A model generated the notes under the pieces. The model saw only the letters and a list, made by a program, of their open reading frames with translations, searched no databases and was not told the origin of the DNA. A stretch of 64,000 bases of DNA from an uncultured Rickettsiales bacterium. Its GTDB lineage: Bacteria > Pseudomonadota > Alphaproteobacteria > Rickettsiales > UBA1997. How positions within the stretch are numbered: position 1 is the first letter of the stretch; each line of letters starts with the position of its first letter. Positions 29,936 through 40,432 of this stretch are shown here, piece by piece. Location: positions 10,606 to 74,605 of the forward strand of contig CAKVGI010000006.1 in assembly GCA_934747265.1 (NCBI GenBank), written 5' to 3'. The position numbers and the translations under genes are program-made.

Positions 29936-30177
29936 ATTATATTTTACCTAACAAATAAAGAATAAATGAATCATTTCATAACTACCGTAATATTTATATT
30001 TTAATTGGTATATTATAATTTAATATTTAAAAGTCCATTAAAGTTAGTAATACTCACACATATTAGTATTTTTTTAGTTTATATTAAAAGTTTTATGAAT
30101 TATAACAAAATCTACGTACTTTAAACCTTCTTTTTATCAAAAATAGCTATTTCTTATAAAGAAATATATGTTAAAGA

Positions 30178-30870
30178 CTACAAATTTTCAATCAAATAAT
30201 TTAATTTTTCCATTTGTTCTTTTTCGTATCCAGAATTATTTTCTTCTTTATTATTTTTTTTCTGTTCTTCTTCATTAAGATTATTCTGTTCATTATATCT
30301 TCGTAAATCATCAACATTTTGTATGTGTTTTTTATCTTCTAAATTATTATAATGTTGTTCCATTTTATCAAATAATATATCATTAATTGGAGATATTAAA
30401 TACGCCCCAAAACTTAACATATTATACATTTTTGCATTTTCTAACCATTTTGGTTTATTACTATCTTTAAGCTCCTCAAAATCATTAACAAATAATTTCA
30501 TTATTACTAAAAATATCAGAGATGATATTAAAAAACCTTTTAAAAATCCAAAAAATATTCCTAGTGTTGCATTAATAGAATATGGAAATTTAGTCGTTAT
30601 TTTACCACTAATTTTTGTTGTTAATATTGATATCATAATGACCGATACAACAAAAATTATACCTCCACCCAAAAAATTAGAAATTGTATAACTGTGAATT
30701 TTTTCGTATATAACCGAACTTAAACTTTGTTGAAATATTGCGGTTATAATACTAGCACTAACCCAACTAATTAAAGAGGATAACTCACCAATAAATCCTC
30801 TAACAAAACCCAATAATGTAAAAAATAACATTATTAACAAAGTTAAATAATCAAGTCCAGTTAATGCCAC
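30178..30870 (-). CDS. cvpA: CvpA family membrane protein
   Basis: N-terminus LDYLTLLIMLFFTLLGFVRGFIGELSSLISWV and a four-TM layout typical of CvpA, plus a charged C-terminal tail. Confidence 0.75.
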   Translation of the reverse strand: MALTGLDYLTLLIMLFFTLLGFVRGFIGELSSLISWVSASIITAIFQQSLSSVIYEKIHSYTISNFLGGGIIFVVSVIMISILTTKISGKITTKFPYSINATLGIFFGFLKGFLISSLIFLVIMKLFVNDFEELKDSNKPKWLENAKMYNMLSFGAYLISPINDILFDKMEQHYNNLEDKKHIQNVDDLRRYNEQNNLNEEEQKKNNKEENNSGYEKEQMEKLNYLIENL

Positions 30871-31117
30871 TCTTTTTGTTTATAATTTTATACATCTACT
30901 AATTGTATTATATTTTTTACAAAATGCAACAAAAATATAGAAATTATCTTGTATTATTATAAAGATTAATAAATTCTGATTTTTTCATGATAAAAATAAT
31001 AGAAACTTCTATCTGTGATTGTATTAAAAAATATTTATAAATTTTTCTTTTTTTCTTGATTTTTTTAGAAAATATTTTTTACTATTTTAATTAGTACTAA
31101 ATAAAAATAACTAAAAT

Positions 31118-32263
31118 ATGAAAAGATTAAATCTGTCTAAGGAGCAGATGTTTCTAATGATGTCTATGTTTGCTTATTCAATAGTTATAAGTATGACATC
31201 AATCTTAACCCAATCATTGTTTAAAGCTAATGATATTAGTAGTTCTTTGGTTGGTTATATGGATAATGTAAAAATATTAGTTGGAATGGTTATTCTTTGT
31301 TCTTTGCCAAGTATAACTAAAAAAATTGGTATTGTATTATCCGCTATAATGATATTATTTTTCTATGGTTTACCGCTTTTGTTCTTCAAAACAGTAAGCT
31401 CAACTTTTGGCTTTTTTGTTTGCATGGGTTCTTACGGTATAGGAATAGTTGCGTTCAGAGCTGTTCTTGAATCTGTAATCAACATGATAACAACGGATGC
31501 TCAACGTTCTAGAATAATATCTTTATTGGCTTTGTCTTATATTGCAGGTATAAGTTGCGGTTCATTACTTGTTGATATATTTGGAATAGAAAGCTATTTA
31601 TCTTTTATTCTTGATTTTTCTTTTGTATTAATTAGCGCTGGGTTCTTTTGGAAATTTAGAAACTATAAATTAAAAATAGAAAAGAAAGCTAGATTAAATT
31701 TAATGAGACATTTTGTGGTTTTGCCTATGGTTAATGTATCATATTTTATAATGAATTTTTTAAGACAAGCTTTGTTTGTTTTTGGAATTTTTTATGCATT
31801 ATCCAATGGTTATACAACGGCTCAAAGTGCCCTTTTTATAACTTTTTTCTCAATATCTGGTTATTTTATTAACTATCCAGTCGGTTTTATTCTTGATAAA
31901 ACAAAAAAACATTACCTAGTTATGATATCATCCGTATTTGTTTGTATAATTTCTTGGTTATCACTTAAATTCGCAATTTCAAATAGAGCAATATCATATA
32001 TGCTTTTATTTATATTGGGATCTGGAATTTCTACAATTAATATTTCTTGTTCATCAATTTTAAATAACCATTATAAAAAAAGTGGAATGTTATCAGCTAA
32101 TTCGTCCTTGTGGGTATTTGGTTCCGCTGGAATGTTCTTATCCTCATTGTTAATTGGAATTTCTATGCAAAAATTTGGTAATGATGGATTCTTTATTCCA
32201 ATATTAGGAGTTCTAATTTTGTATATTGGTATATTAATAAGATATAGAAAAAAAATCAGATAA
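31118..32263 (+). CDS. MFS-type transporter (substrate unknown)
   Basis: 381-aa ORF with about 11-12 hydrophobic helices in two halves. No specific signature recognised. Confidence 0.5.
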   Translation: MKRLNLSKEQMFLMMSMFAYSIVISMTSILTQSLFKANDISSSLVGYMDNVKILVGMVILCSLPSITKKIGIVLSAIMILFFYGLPLLFFKTVSSTFGFFVCMGSYGIGIVAFRAVLESVINMITTDAQRSRIISLLALSYIAGISCGSLLVDIFGIESYLSFILDFSFVLISAGFFWKFRNYKLKIEKKARLNLMRHFVVLPMVNVSYFIMNFLRQALFVFGIFYALSNGYTTAQSALFITFFSISGYFINYPVGFILDKTKKHYLVMISSVFVCIISWLSLKFAISNRAISYMLLFILGSGISTINISCSSILNNHYKKSGMLSANSSLWVFGSAGMFLSSLLIGISMQKFGNDGFFIPILGVLILYIGILIRYRKKIR

Positions 32264-32292
32264 AAAAATTGGTAATCTTTTGATTACCTTTT

Positions 32293-33909
32293 TTATCTTG
32301 TTAAACAAGCTCTATTTGTATTTCCATTGGATCTTGTTGCTAATATATTTTTGATTACATTAGAAATTTCTTTTGGTTTACTTACTTCTTTTGACTTACT
32401 TGTTTCTTCTTGCTCTGAATACGTTGCATTTAATTTTGATTGTAATAATGAAGAAGATTTTGGCGTTTGCATTTGCGATGATGAGAAATAATTATCTTTT
32501 TCTATTGCTTGATTATTTACATAAATTGAGTCAATTTTTTCAGCTTTATAATCTCTTTGCATTAAAGATTCAATGCTGAACATCTGTTTTAATTTTTGTT
32601 CGTCTATTTTCTTGGTATATTTTTTACCAAATATTGTTAACATTGGTTCAGTTTTTAAAATTTCTTTTAAAGATTCAACTAAATCTTGTGGCTTTAATCC
32701 TTCATATCTAGATCGTAAATAATCATTTTTTAATATACCTTTATAATCAGTCTTTTGTATTCTATATATAAAATCATCATGTTTTGCACACACATTCCTA
32801 GAATCACTTATACATTTATAATCTTCTTTTATTGTCTCTAAGAACAACTTAAATTTCTTTTCAGATATTCCCTTTTGTAATATTTTTGCAAATACATCTG
32901 CTACGCAATTTAAGAATTTTTCAATATTTTCTTCTTTAATTGTTGATTTAATTACAAAAAAATCATTTTCTAGTATTTTTTTTCTATAGCTTTCTACATA
33001 GTATGTAATTTTTTCTTTCTCTCTTATTTTTTTACGAAGCTTTCTATTTAATAACTCTTTTAAAACATTTAAACTAGCAAATTTTTCATCAAAAAAATCA
33101 ATTCCACCAGAAATAAGTTCAATATCAACAGCATCTTTTTTTGCGTTTTCGTTTTTATAAAAATAAACCTTAGCTCGCCGATCTATTTTGAAATTCTTTT
33201 TTATAGATGATACAGCACTGTTAAATCTTTGTAAAGTTTCCTTATTACTTCTTTGCAAAAATCTACCATCAAAACATTGTTTTACAAGCTTTTCAGCCTC
33301 TTTGAGTGTTATATTTCCAGTTATGATAATATTCATGTTTTCTGGAATAAAAAATTTTTCATAATGCTCTTTTAAATCTTTTAATTTTATATTATTTATG
33401 GTTTCATATTCTCCAACAATATTCTTCTCAAAAGGGGTTTTGGCAAAAATAGTCTTTCTTTTTTTTAAAAATAATGCATTACTCCAACTTGTTTCTTCTA
33501 ATCTTTTTTCTTCGGTTATTATTTTTCTTTGTTTTTCTAGTGATTCTAAATTTTTTTTATTTTCAATAAAACTTAGATGTTCTACAAAATGACCAAAAAG
33601 AGCAAATAATTCTTTAAATTTATATTTCCTTGCAACATTTACAAATTTAATATCAAGATCACTAGTATAGGCATTTTTATAAGCTATTAGCTCACAGACC
33701 TTTTTATTAATTTCTTCAGCACTGATGCTTGGGTCTAATTCAAAAAACATATGTTCTAAAAAATGTGATAGTCCACTTTTTTCTGGTGTTTCATAAACAG
33801 AACCACATTTAAAAATCACACTGGAATAAATCTTTTTTGCATCCGGTACGGTATTTACAAAAAGTTTTATTCCACTTGGTAATATTTTACAACTTTCATT
33901 CTTTCTCAT
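32293..33909 (-). CDS. M16 (pitrilysin/insulinase) family zinc peptidase
   Basis: Inverted zinc motif GLSHFLEHMFFE (HxxEH) near the N-terminus. Carries a C-terminal S/K/E-rich extension. Confidence 0.8.
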   Translation of the reverse strand: MRKNESCKILPSGIKLFVNTVPDAKKIYSSVIFKCGSVYETPEKSGLSHFLEHMFFELDPSISAEEINKKVCELIAYKNAYTSDLDIKFVNVARKYKFKELFALFGHFVEHLSFIENKKNLESLEKQRKIITEEKRLEETSWSNALFLKKRKTIFAKTPFEKNIVGEYETINNIKLKDLKEHYEKFFIPENMNIIITGNITLKEAEKLVKQCFDGRFLQRSNKETLQRFNSAVSSIKKNFKIDRRAKVYFYKNENAKKDAVDIELISGGIDFFDEKFASLNVLKELLNRKLRKKIREKEKITYYVESYRKKILENDFFVIKSTIKEENIEKFLNCVADVFAKILQKGISEKKFKLFLETIKEDYKCISDSRNVCAKHDDFIYRIQKTDYKGILKNDYLRSRYEGLKPQDLVESLKEILKTEPMLTIFGKKYTKKIDEQKLKQMFSIESLMQRDYKAEKIDSIYVNNQAIEKDNYFSSSQMQTPKSSSLLQSKLNATYSEQEETSKSKEVSKPKEISNVIKNILATRSNGNTNRACLTR

Positions 33910-34108
33910 AAAAACTCAAAACGTCATATATCAATATTATATCACTTTTTTAATAAAAAGTAAAGAATTATTATAAAAATAATTAAAAATGAAGTTTTTA
34001 ATATAATAAAAAAATAAGTTTTAACAAAAATATATTGAATTATTTTATTTTTTTCTTGAATATTTGTTTATTTAATATATATTTTTCTTGTTAAAACAAA
34101 AAAATATT

Positions 34109-34747
34109 ATGATTGGCAAGCTAAAAGGTATTATTGATTCAGTGTATGAAGAATATTTAATTCTTGATGTAAATGGTGTTGGTTATAGGGTATTTTGTTC
34201 CAATAAAACTTTATCTGGCTTGGAGGTTGGAAGTTCCATTTCTCTTGTTATAGAAACAATCGTAAGAGAAGATGCTATTACTTTATTTGGCTTTTTAAAT
34301 GATTATGAAAAAAGCTGGTTTGAAATATTATGTAAAGTAAATGGAATAGGAAATAAAATGGCATTAAAAATTATGGGTACATTAAATACTGATGAAATGC
34401 TTATTGCCATAGAAAGCGAAGATTCAAAGGCTTTTTGTAGAGCGCCTGGTGTCGGACAAAAAATAGCATCAAGAATTATAATTGAGTTGAAAAATATAAG
34501 AAAAATGCTTGGAAATACTGATATTGGTAGTGTAAATATAAATTTGACCAACAATAATAAGGTAGGTATTTCTACAAATGGTAATAATAAGGATTTAAGA
34601 CTTAAAGATGCTTTATCTGCACTTGAAAATTTAGGATATCAAAAAAATGTTGCCTATAATATTATTGTAAGTATTCTTAATGAAAGAGAAGATATTGTAA
34701 TAGAAAGTTTGATTACAGAAGCTTTAAAGAGAATTAATAATTTTTAG
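34109..34747 (+). CDS. ruvA: Holliday junction DNA helicase RuvA
   Basis: MIGKLKGIIDSV..VNGVGYRV and the HhH region VNGIGNKMALKIM..APGVGQKIASRI. Start at ATG 34109. Confidence 0.9.
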   Translation: MIGKLKGIIDSVYEEYLILDVNGVGYRVFCSNKTLSGLEVGSSISLVIETIVREDAITLFGFLNDYEKSWFEILCKVNGIGNKMALKIMGTLNTDEMLIAIESEDSKAFCRAPGVGQKIASRIIIELKNIRKMLGNTDIGSVNINLTNNNKVGISTNGNNKDLRLKDALSALENLGYQKNVAYNIIVSILNEREDIVIESLITEALKRINNF

Positions 34748-34757
34748 AAGGTTATTT

Positions 34758-35132
34758 ATGACAAGCAGAGAACTCACTAATTTTATGGCGGAAGCAAATA
34801 TAAAAAAGGAAATTCTTAATGACAGAGAAATTAATCTTAAAGATGTATCAATATTTAACATTAGACGAAATGAGAACGGCTTGTATTTTAATATAAAAAT
34901 CTATGGAGAAGAAGAAAAAGAAGTAAATAATTTATTTATTCCAGCAAGGTTTTATAAAAATAATCCAAGAGCAACGCAAGCAAATGATAAAATAGTTATA
35001 AATAAAAGCAAAATATTTAATATTATTTTTATATATCCAGCTGCAATTTTAAGTCTTGCTGTGATTTTTGCCACAATTTTCAAATATTTACCTGTATTAC
35101 AAAGATTTTTTAATTTTTCCGTAATTTATTAA
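34758..35132 (+). CDS. hypothetical protein with C-terminal TM helix
   Basis: 124-aa ORF tightly packed between ruvA and ruvB. No motif recognised. Confidence 0.4.
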   Translation: MTSRELTNFMAEANIKKEILNDREINLKDVSIFNIRRNENGLYFNIKIYGEEEKEVNNLFIPARFYKNNPRATQANDKIVINKSKIFNIIFIYPAAILSLAVIFATIFKYLPVLQRFFNFSVIY

Positions 35133-35143
35133 AAAGGAAGGAA

Positions 35144-36157
35144 ATGAACGAAATAATAAAAAATAAAGAAAAAAATGAAGGTGATTCGCTAGAAAATACT
35201 TTAAGGCCGTTGCATTTAAATGATTTTATAGGGCAACATGAAATTAAAGAAAACCTAAAAGTATTTATAGAATCAGCAAAAATTAGGCAAGAGACATTAG
35301 ATCATACATTGTTTTATGGTCCGCCGGGGCTAGGAAAAACAACTTTATCTCAAATTATAGCTCATGAAATGGGTGTTGGCTTTAAAGGTACATCTGGTCC
35401 AATTATATCAAAAGCTGGCGATTTGGCCGCAATATTAACAAACTTGCAACCGAATGATATTTTATTTATAGACGAAATACACAGATTACATACATCAGTT
35501 GAAGAGGTTTTGTATTCAGCAATGGAAGATTATAAACTTGATATAATTATTGGTGAAGGTCCAGCCGCTAGAACAATTAAAATAGATTTACCAAAATTTA
35601 CATTAGTTGGCGCAACAACTAGATTGGGATTGTTATCCAACCCATTAAGAGATAGATTTGGCATCCCTTTAAAACTTAATTTTTACTCATATGATGAATT
35701 ACAAAAAATAGTAGAAAGAGACTGTAGCATTTTAAATATTTCAATATCAAAAGAAGGAAGCTATGAAATAGCTAGAAGATCAAGAGGTACACCAAGAATA
35801 GCGATTAGATTACTAAAAAGAGTTAGAGATTTTGCAATAGTAGCGAAAAAACAAGAAATAGATTTAGAAATTGTAAAACTAGCATTAAAAAGATTAAATG
35901 TTGATGAAATAGGCTTAGATAGTTCCGATATTAGATATTTAAGATTTATAATAGAAAATTACAATGGTGGTCCCGTTGGTATTGATACAATTTCCGCTGG
36001 ATTATCAGAAGAGAGAGATTCAATAGAAGATACTATTGAGCCATTTTTAATACAACAAGGCTTTATAAATAAAACGCCAAGAGGTAGAATTGCTACACAA
36101 AATGCATATAAACATTTAAAAATAGATTTTAAACAAAGTAGTGGTGGGTTATTATAA
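35144..36157 (+). CDS. ruvB: Holliday junction DNA helicase RuvB
   Basis: Walker [10 protein letters not shown], Walker [10 protein letters not shown], sensor and arginine-finger regions. Confidence 0.95.
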   Translation: MNEIIKNKEKNEGDSLENTLRPLHLNDFIGQHEIKENLKVFIESAKIRQETLDHTLFYGPPGLGKTTLSQIIAHEMGVGFKGTSGPIISKAGDLAAILTNLQPNDILFIDEIHRLHTSVEEVLYSAMEDYKLDIIIGEGPAARTIKIDLPKFTLVGATTRLGLLSNPLRDRFGIPLKLNFYSYDELQKIVERDCSILNISISKEGSYEIARRSRGTPRIAIRLLKRVRDFAIVAKKQEIDLEIVKLALKRLNVDEIGLDSSDIRYLRFIIENYNGGPVGIDTISAGLSEERDSIEDTIEPFLIQQGFINKTPRGRIATQNAYKHLKIDFKQSSGGLL

Positions 36158-36175
36158 AAAATAAATTTATTTATT

Positions 36176-37510
36176 ATGGTAAAAATAATTTCTTTTATAA
36201 TTTTATTTTTTGCATATCAAAATGCATTTGCAAATATGATTATTACTAATTTTAATGAAAAAATTAATTTTACTGATTATGGTAGAGAAGTTGAGACTAG
36301 TATAAAGATTAGAATTAGCCTTGAAAGTAATAATCAATATTATAAAGAATGGAGATATATTTTTGATAAAAGATTAAAAGTTAATATTTTAGAAGCTAAG
36401 GTAATTGGAAAAAAATATAAAACATCTTTTAATAATAATGAATTAATATTTCAATTTGGCAATGCAGTAAACGGCGATTTATTTGAATTTAGATTTAAAT
36501 ATAGAATATATAATGAAAATACAATAAAATATATTAGAGACGAATTTGTATCAATTCCTTATTTTGCGAGTGGAGCCAATGGTAATATAGTTGTAAATAT
36601 ACCAAATAATCTGGCGGTTTATTCTTTAAATAGAAAATTTACACAAAATGGCAGTACTTATACTTGGAGAGGTACTGTACCAAAAAATGGATTTTCTGAC
36701 TTTTTCTTTTTGACTTTAAAAAAAGCTAAATGGCAAGTAGAAATTTTAAGTGAAATAAGTTCAAACAAAAATATATCAAGCTTTGATATGATTATTCCAT
36801 TATATTTTAAAAATGGTAATAATAAAATTGAAAAATATATAGTAGAAGCTAATTATAATAATAATTTTGCAAAAATAATAGAGAGTCAAGATTCAATAAT
36901 TACAACTTTCAGAAATGCTGATAATTCATTATTTCAGGTAAAAGTTGATGCCATTTTAAGTAATGATTATGATAACAAAATATGGATTAAATTAAATCCA
37001 CAAAATTATTTAAAAATAGATAGAAGTTTATCTAATTATTTACAGAACATTATTTACCAAATAAGACAAAATACAAAAGAAGACGAATTATTATATGTTA
37101 TATTAGCTCAATGGGTAAATAAAAATGTTGAATATGACACAAATTACGTTGGAAAAGATTTAACTACAAAGGAAATTTTAGAAAAAAAGAAAGGCGTTTG
37201 TATACATTATGCACAATTATATAATGATTTATTAAGATCAGTTGGAATACCATCGGTAATAGTTTCTGGAATTAGTTATAATACAACGAATAATAAATTT
37301 GAAAATCACGCTTGGAATTTAGTCTACACAAACGGCGATTGGAGAGCAATAGACCCAACTTGGGGTTTATATTCTGGAATTTTACCAGTTTCTCATATAT
37401 TTTTATATTTTGAAAATAGACCAGTAATTAATTATACAACTTACTCTAATTCTTCAATTCATTTTAAAAGCAATATTCAAAAAAATATAAACTTTATCAA
37501 TGAGTATTAG
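36176..37510 (+). CDS. secreted transglutaminase-like cysteine protease domain protein
   Basis: Signal peptide ..AYQNAFA. C-terminal Cys-His-Asp core: GVCIHYAQLY, ENHAWNLVY, AIDPTWG. Confidence 0.75.
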   Translation: MVKIISFIILFFAYQNAFANMIITNFNEKINFTDYGREVETSIKIRISLESNNQYYKEWRYIFDKRLKVNILEAKVIGKKYKTSFNNNELIFQFGNAVNGDLFEFRFKYRIYNENTIKYIRDEFVSIPYFASGANGNIVVNIPNNLAVYSLNRKFTQNGSTYTWRGTVPKNGFSDFFFLTLKKAKWQVEILSEISSNKNISSFDMIIPLYFKNGNNKIEKYIVEANYNNNFAKIIESQDSIITTFRNADNSLFQVKVDAILSNDYDNKIWIKLNPQNYLKIDRSLSNYLQNIIYQIRQNTKEDELLYVILAQWVNKNVEYDTNYVGKDLTTKEILEKKKGVCIHYAQLYNDLLRSVGIPSVIVSGISYNTTNNKFENHAWNLVYTNGDWRAIDPTWGLYSGILPVSHIFLYFENRPVINYTTYSNSSIHFKSNIQKNINFINEY

Positions 37511-38960
37511 ATGAAATAAAATCAATTATCATACTTCTAAAAGAAAATAAAGTATAGAAAACAGAAATTAATGTCATTTGTATCTTATAGTTAGATACTA
37601 TACCACCGCCCTGTTGTAATTTTTTTATAATTTGTTTTTCTTCCTCTATGTTATTAGTTTTTTTTCTTATGGTAATTATGATATGGGTAATATAAACACC
37701 CAATAAGACAAATAATTCTAACATATTAATAAAATATAACACATTAAAATTGTTAAAATCCAAACTTAAAAATGAATAAAAATTCATAAATATAGGTAAA
37801 AACTCAGCTATAAAAAACAAATTAACTTTTAATTTTGAATATTTGTAAATTGTTCCAATACTTGTAGTATTTAACTTTAATAATTCAAATAACACTGCCG
37901 AATAGGAAAGAATACTAATTGTAATTCCAAAAACTAATAATAAGAAATTAACGTATAATTTTGCTAATTCTTCTGCTGTATTAAGAAATAAAAATTGAGA
38001 GAAAAATATTATAAAATTTAAAAATCCAAACAGTAAAATAAATTTTACACCATTTTTTATATATTTAAAATTCAAAAACAATAACAATAAGAATATAACT
38101 ATAAGGAAAAATCCAGAGTAGTAAAAATATAAACCAACATTACTAATATTATTATAAAAAACATAATACAAAACTTTTGTGAATAAAAATGTATTAAAAA
38201 TAATAAAAGGAAATATTAATATTACAAGCATTGGTAATAAATCTTCATAATAAAATTTTTCTTTAAATACAAAGTATATTGGCCCCGATAAATTAATTAA
38301 AATTAATAAAAACAAAATAACCAACAGCCAATATATCTCAATATTTTCTAATTTTGATATATTTTGAAATGTAAATAAATTGTTTTCATTATAAATAAAA
38401 TAAAATCCAAGAATGCAAAGAAAAATCATACTTGAAATAAAACTAATTGTTAAAACAATAGAATAATCTTTTCTAAAATCCTTTAAATCTGGATTTGTTA
38501 TTAAGAAGTAAGAATAAATTAGCACCAAAGTATACAATAACAAACTAACAACAATATCGTGAGAAAAAGACAAAAATATATATAATATATACAAACAAGC
38601 AATTTGTTGGTTATATAAAACGTACTTATCAGATAAGTTTAATAAATTGAAAGAATCTTGAAATAAATAATTTAAGTAAAAAATCATAACCGCCATAGTT
38701 ATACCAAAAGATAAATTAAACGGTTCAGAGGAAAAAATTATAGGTATATTTCTAGAAATTGAAAATAATCTTATATAATTTATACCATTAAAAGAATAAA
38801 GAATTACAAGTAATACACAAAACGCAAGAATAGTCCCATAAGTAAAATTATTTATTTTTTTTTGTAGTCCAAAATTTTCATTGGTGAAAAAACTATTTAA
38901 TAATCCAATAAAAGGAACTATTAAAATCATTGCGAATATAAAATTATAAACAAACTGCAT
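37497..38960 (-). CDS. polytopic membrane protein, possible divergent MrpD/NuoLMN-like antiporter subunit
   Basis: 487 aa with about 13-14 TM helices. Last gene of a five-gene co-directional cluster. The family assignment rests on weak by-eye resemblance only. Confidence 0.35.
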   Translation of the reverse strand: MQFVYNFIFAMILIVPFIGLLNSFFTNENFGLQKKINNFTYGTILAFCVLLVILYSFNGINYIRLFSISRNIPIIFSSEPFNLSFGITMAVMIFYLNYLFQDSFNLLNLSDKYVLYNQQIACLYILYIFLSFSHDIVVSLLLYTLVLIYSYFLITNPDLKDFRKDYSIVLTISFISSMIFLCILGFYFIYNENNLFTFQNISKLENIEIYWLLVILFLLILINLSGPIYFVFKEKFYYEDLLPMLVILIFPFIIFNTFLFTKVLYYVFYNNISNVGLYFYYSGFFLIVIFLLLLFLNFKYIKNGVKFILLFGFLNFIIFFSQFLFLNTAEELAKLYVNFLLLVFGITISILSYSAVLFELLKLNTTSIGTIYKYSKLKVNLFFIAEFLPIFMNFYSFLSLDFNNFNVLYFINMLELFVLLGVYITHIIITIRKKTNNIEEEKQIIKKLQQGGGIVSNYKIQMTLISVFYTLFSFRSMIIDFISSNTH

Positions 38961-38965
38961 ACCAA

Positions 38966-40432
38966 TTACCTTACATTAGATAAAAAATCAAATAAAATAT
39001 TACTTATAATACCCTCAGAAAACGAGACAAAAAGTATTAATAAAAATATAATTAAAATAGCCAACATATAATTTGTCTTCATAGAAATTTTATTATCCAA
39101 AGATAAATATATATGCTCATCATGAACTTCTTTATAAAAAACAAAATAATATCTATTAAACAGCAATATTATGCTTACTTTTTCCACTAAAAATGGTATA
39201 AATAAAAAATAATTTTTGCTAATAATTGTTGATAAAATATAATTCCAAGAAGAATTAAATCCAAAAGCTATTGGAAAACCAAGCTTTGATAAAAGTATAA
39301 AATATATTATATATCTGTAATTATAGAAGGAATATAATACAGGCACATCTGATTTTTTAAACACATATATTAGCAAAGCAACTATTATATAAAATAAAAA
39401 ATCTATCAATGTATGATTTATTAAAAATGAAAAAATACCAATAAAGCTATATTGATTATTCAAGCCGATTAATATTAGAATATAACCAAGCATTATCAAC
39501 GAAAAACTATAAATCGTAGGCAAAAGATTTTTTCTTTCATATACTTTATAAGCATTATAAATAACCAGAGCCGAGCCAATAAAATAAAATAAAAAATCCA
39601 CATGAAAAATATTAAAAATGGTATTTATATCAAATAATGTAAAAATAAATCTATACAATAAATATATTCCTATAATAATATCTGAAAATAAAATATTTAT
39701 AAATAATAAATTAGCTATCTCAGACGCTTTTGATACGCCAGAAAAATAAAAATTAAACGAAAAAAATTTAAGCGATAAAGCGATTAAAAATACAAAAATT
39801 GATGCATTATATATATAATTATTTTCAACAACAGAAAGATTTTGCATTATAAAATCTATATCAGCAGAGCCAAACGTAAAAAACACTATAAAAATAAAAA
39901 ACATAAAAAATATAGATCCCAAAACGCCATAATTATAGTACTTATAAGCAACTTTGGTATAACTAATTTGTTTATAATCAGACATTAAATTATATAAGCT
40001 GAAAGAATATAGTTCAGTATAAATGTATATATTGAATATATTATTACTTGTTAAAATACCGCAAATAGCAAAATAATTTATTAAATATATAGCAAAAAAG
40101 AAATTTAGTTTTTTAGTATAAATCATGCTATCATCAAAAAACATAAACAATATCAACTTTGTGAAAAAAATCAATATTATAAACAATAGAGTTGATAGAT
40201 CTATCCTAAACTCACCCATCAAAAACAATATATTATTGTCAATTTTATTTTGTATAACAGCGTTTGGAAGAATTTCTGGTATTAAATAAAAACTCAACAT
40301 TAATATAAAAGATACAGCTGATATACTTATAATTGTATTTGTAGCCTTATAATTTTGTAATATATTTATACCAGAAAATATCAATGGAATAAATAAAAAA
40401 CAATATGGCAAGTTAATTAGATCCGTTATCAT
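38966..40432 (-). CDS. polytopic membrane protein, possible divergent MrpD/NuoN-like antiporter subunit
   Basis: 488 aa. ALSLKFFSFNFYFSGVSKASEIANLLF..IGIYLLYRF loosely parallels the conserved FL.K...P...WLP.A.....LS....K.G.Y.L.R block. LSKLGFPIAFGF resembles LS.aG.PPl.GF. Confidence 0.4.
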   Translation of the reverse strand: MITDLINLPYCFLFIPLIFSGINILQNYKATNTIISISAVSFILMLSFYLIPEILPNAVIQNKIDNNILFLMGEFRIDLSTLLFIILIFFTKLILFMFFDDSMIYTKKLNFFFAIYLINYFAICGILTSNNIFNIYIYTELYSFSLYNLMSDYKQISYTKVAYKYYNYGVLGSIFFMFFIFIVFFTFGSADIDFIMQNLSVVENNYIYNASIFVFLIALSLKFFSFNFYFSGVSKASEIANLLFINILFSDIIIGIYLLYRFIFTLFDINTIFNIFHVDFLFYFIGSALVIYNAYKVYERKNLLPTIYSFSLIMLGYILILIGLNNQYSFIGIFSFLINHTLIDFLFYIIVALLIYVFKKSDVPVLYSFYNYRYIIYFILLSKLGFPIAFGFNSSWNYILSTIISKNYFLFIPFLVEKVSIILLFNRYYFVFYKEVHDEHIYLSLDNKISMKTNYMLAILIIFLLILFVSFSEGIISNILFDFLSNVR

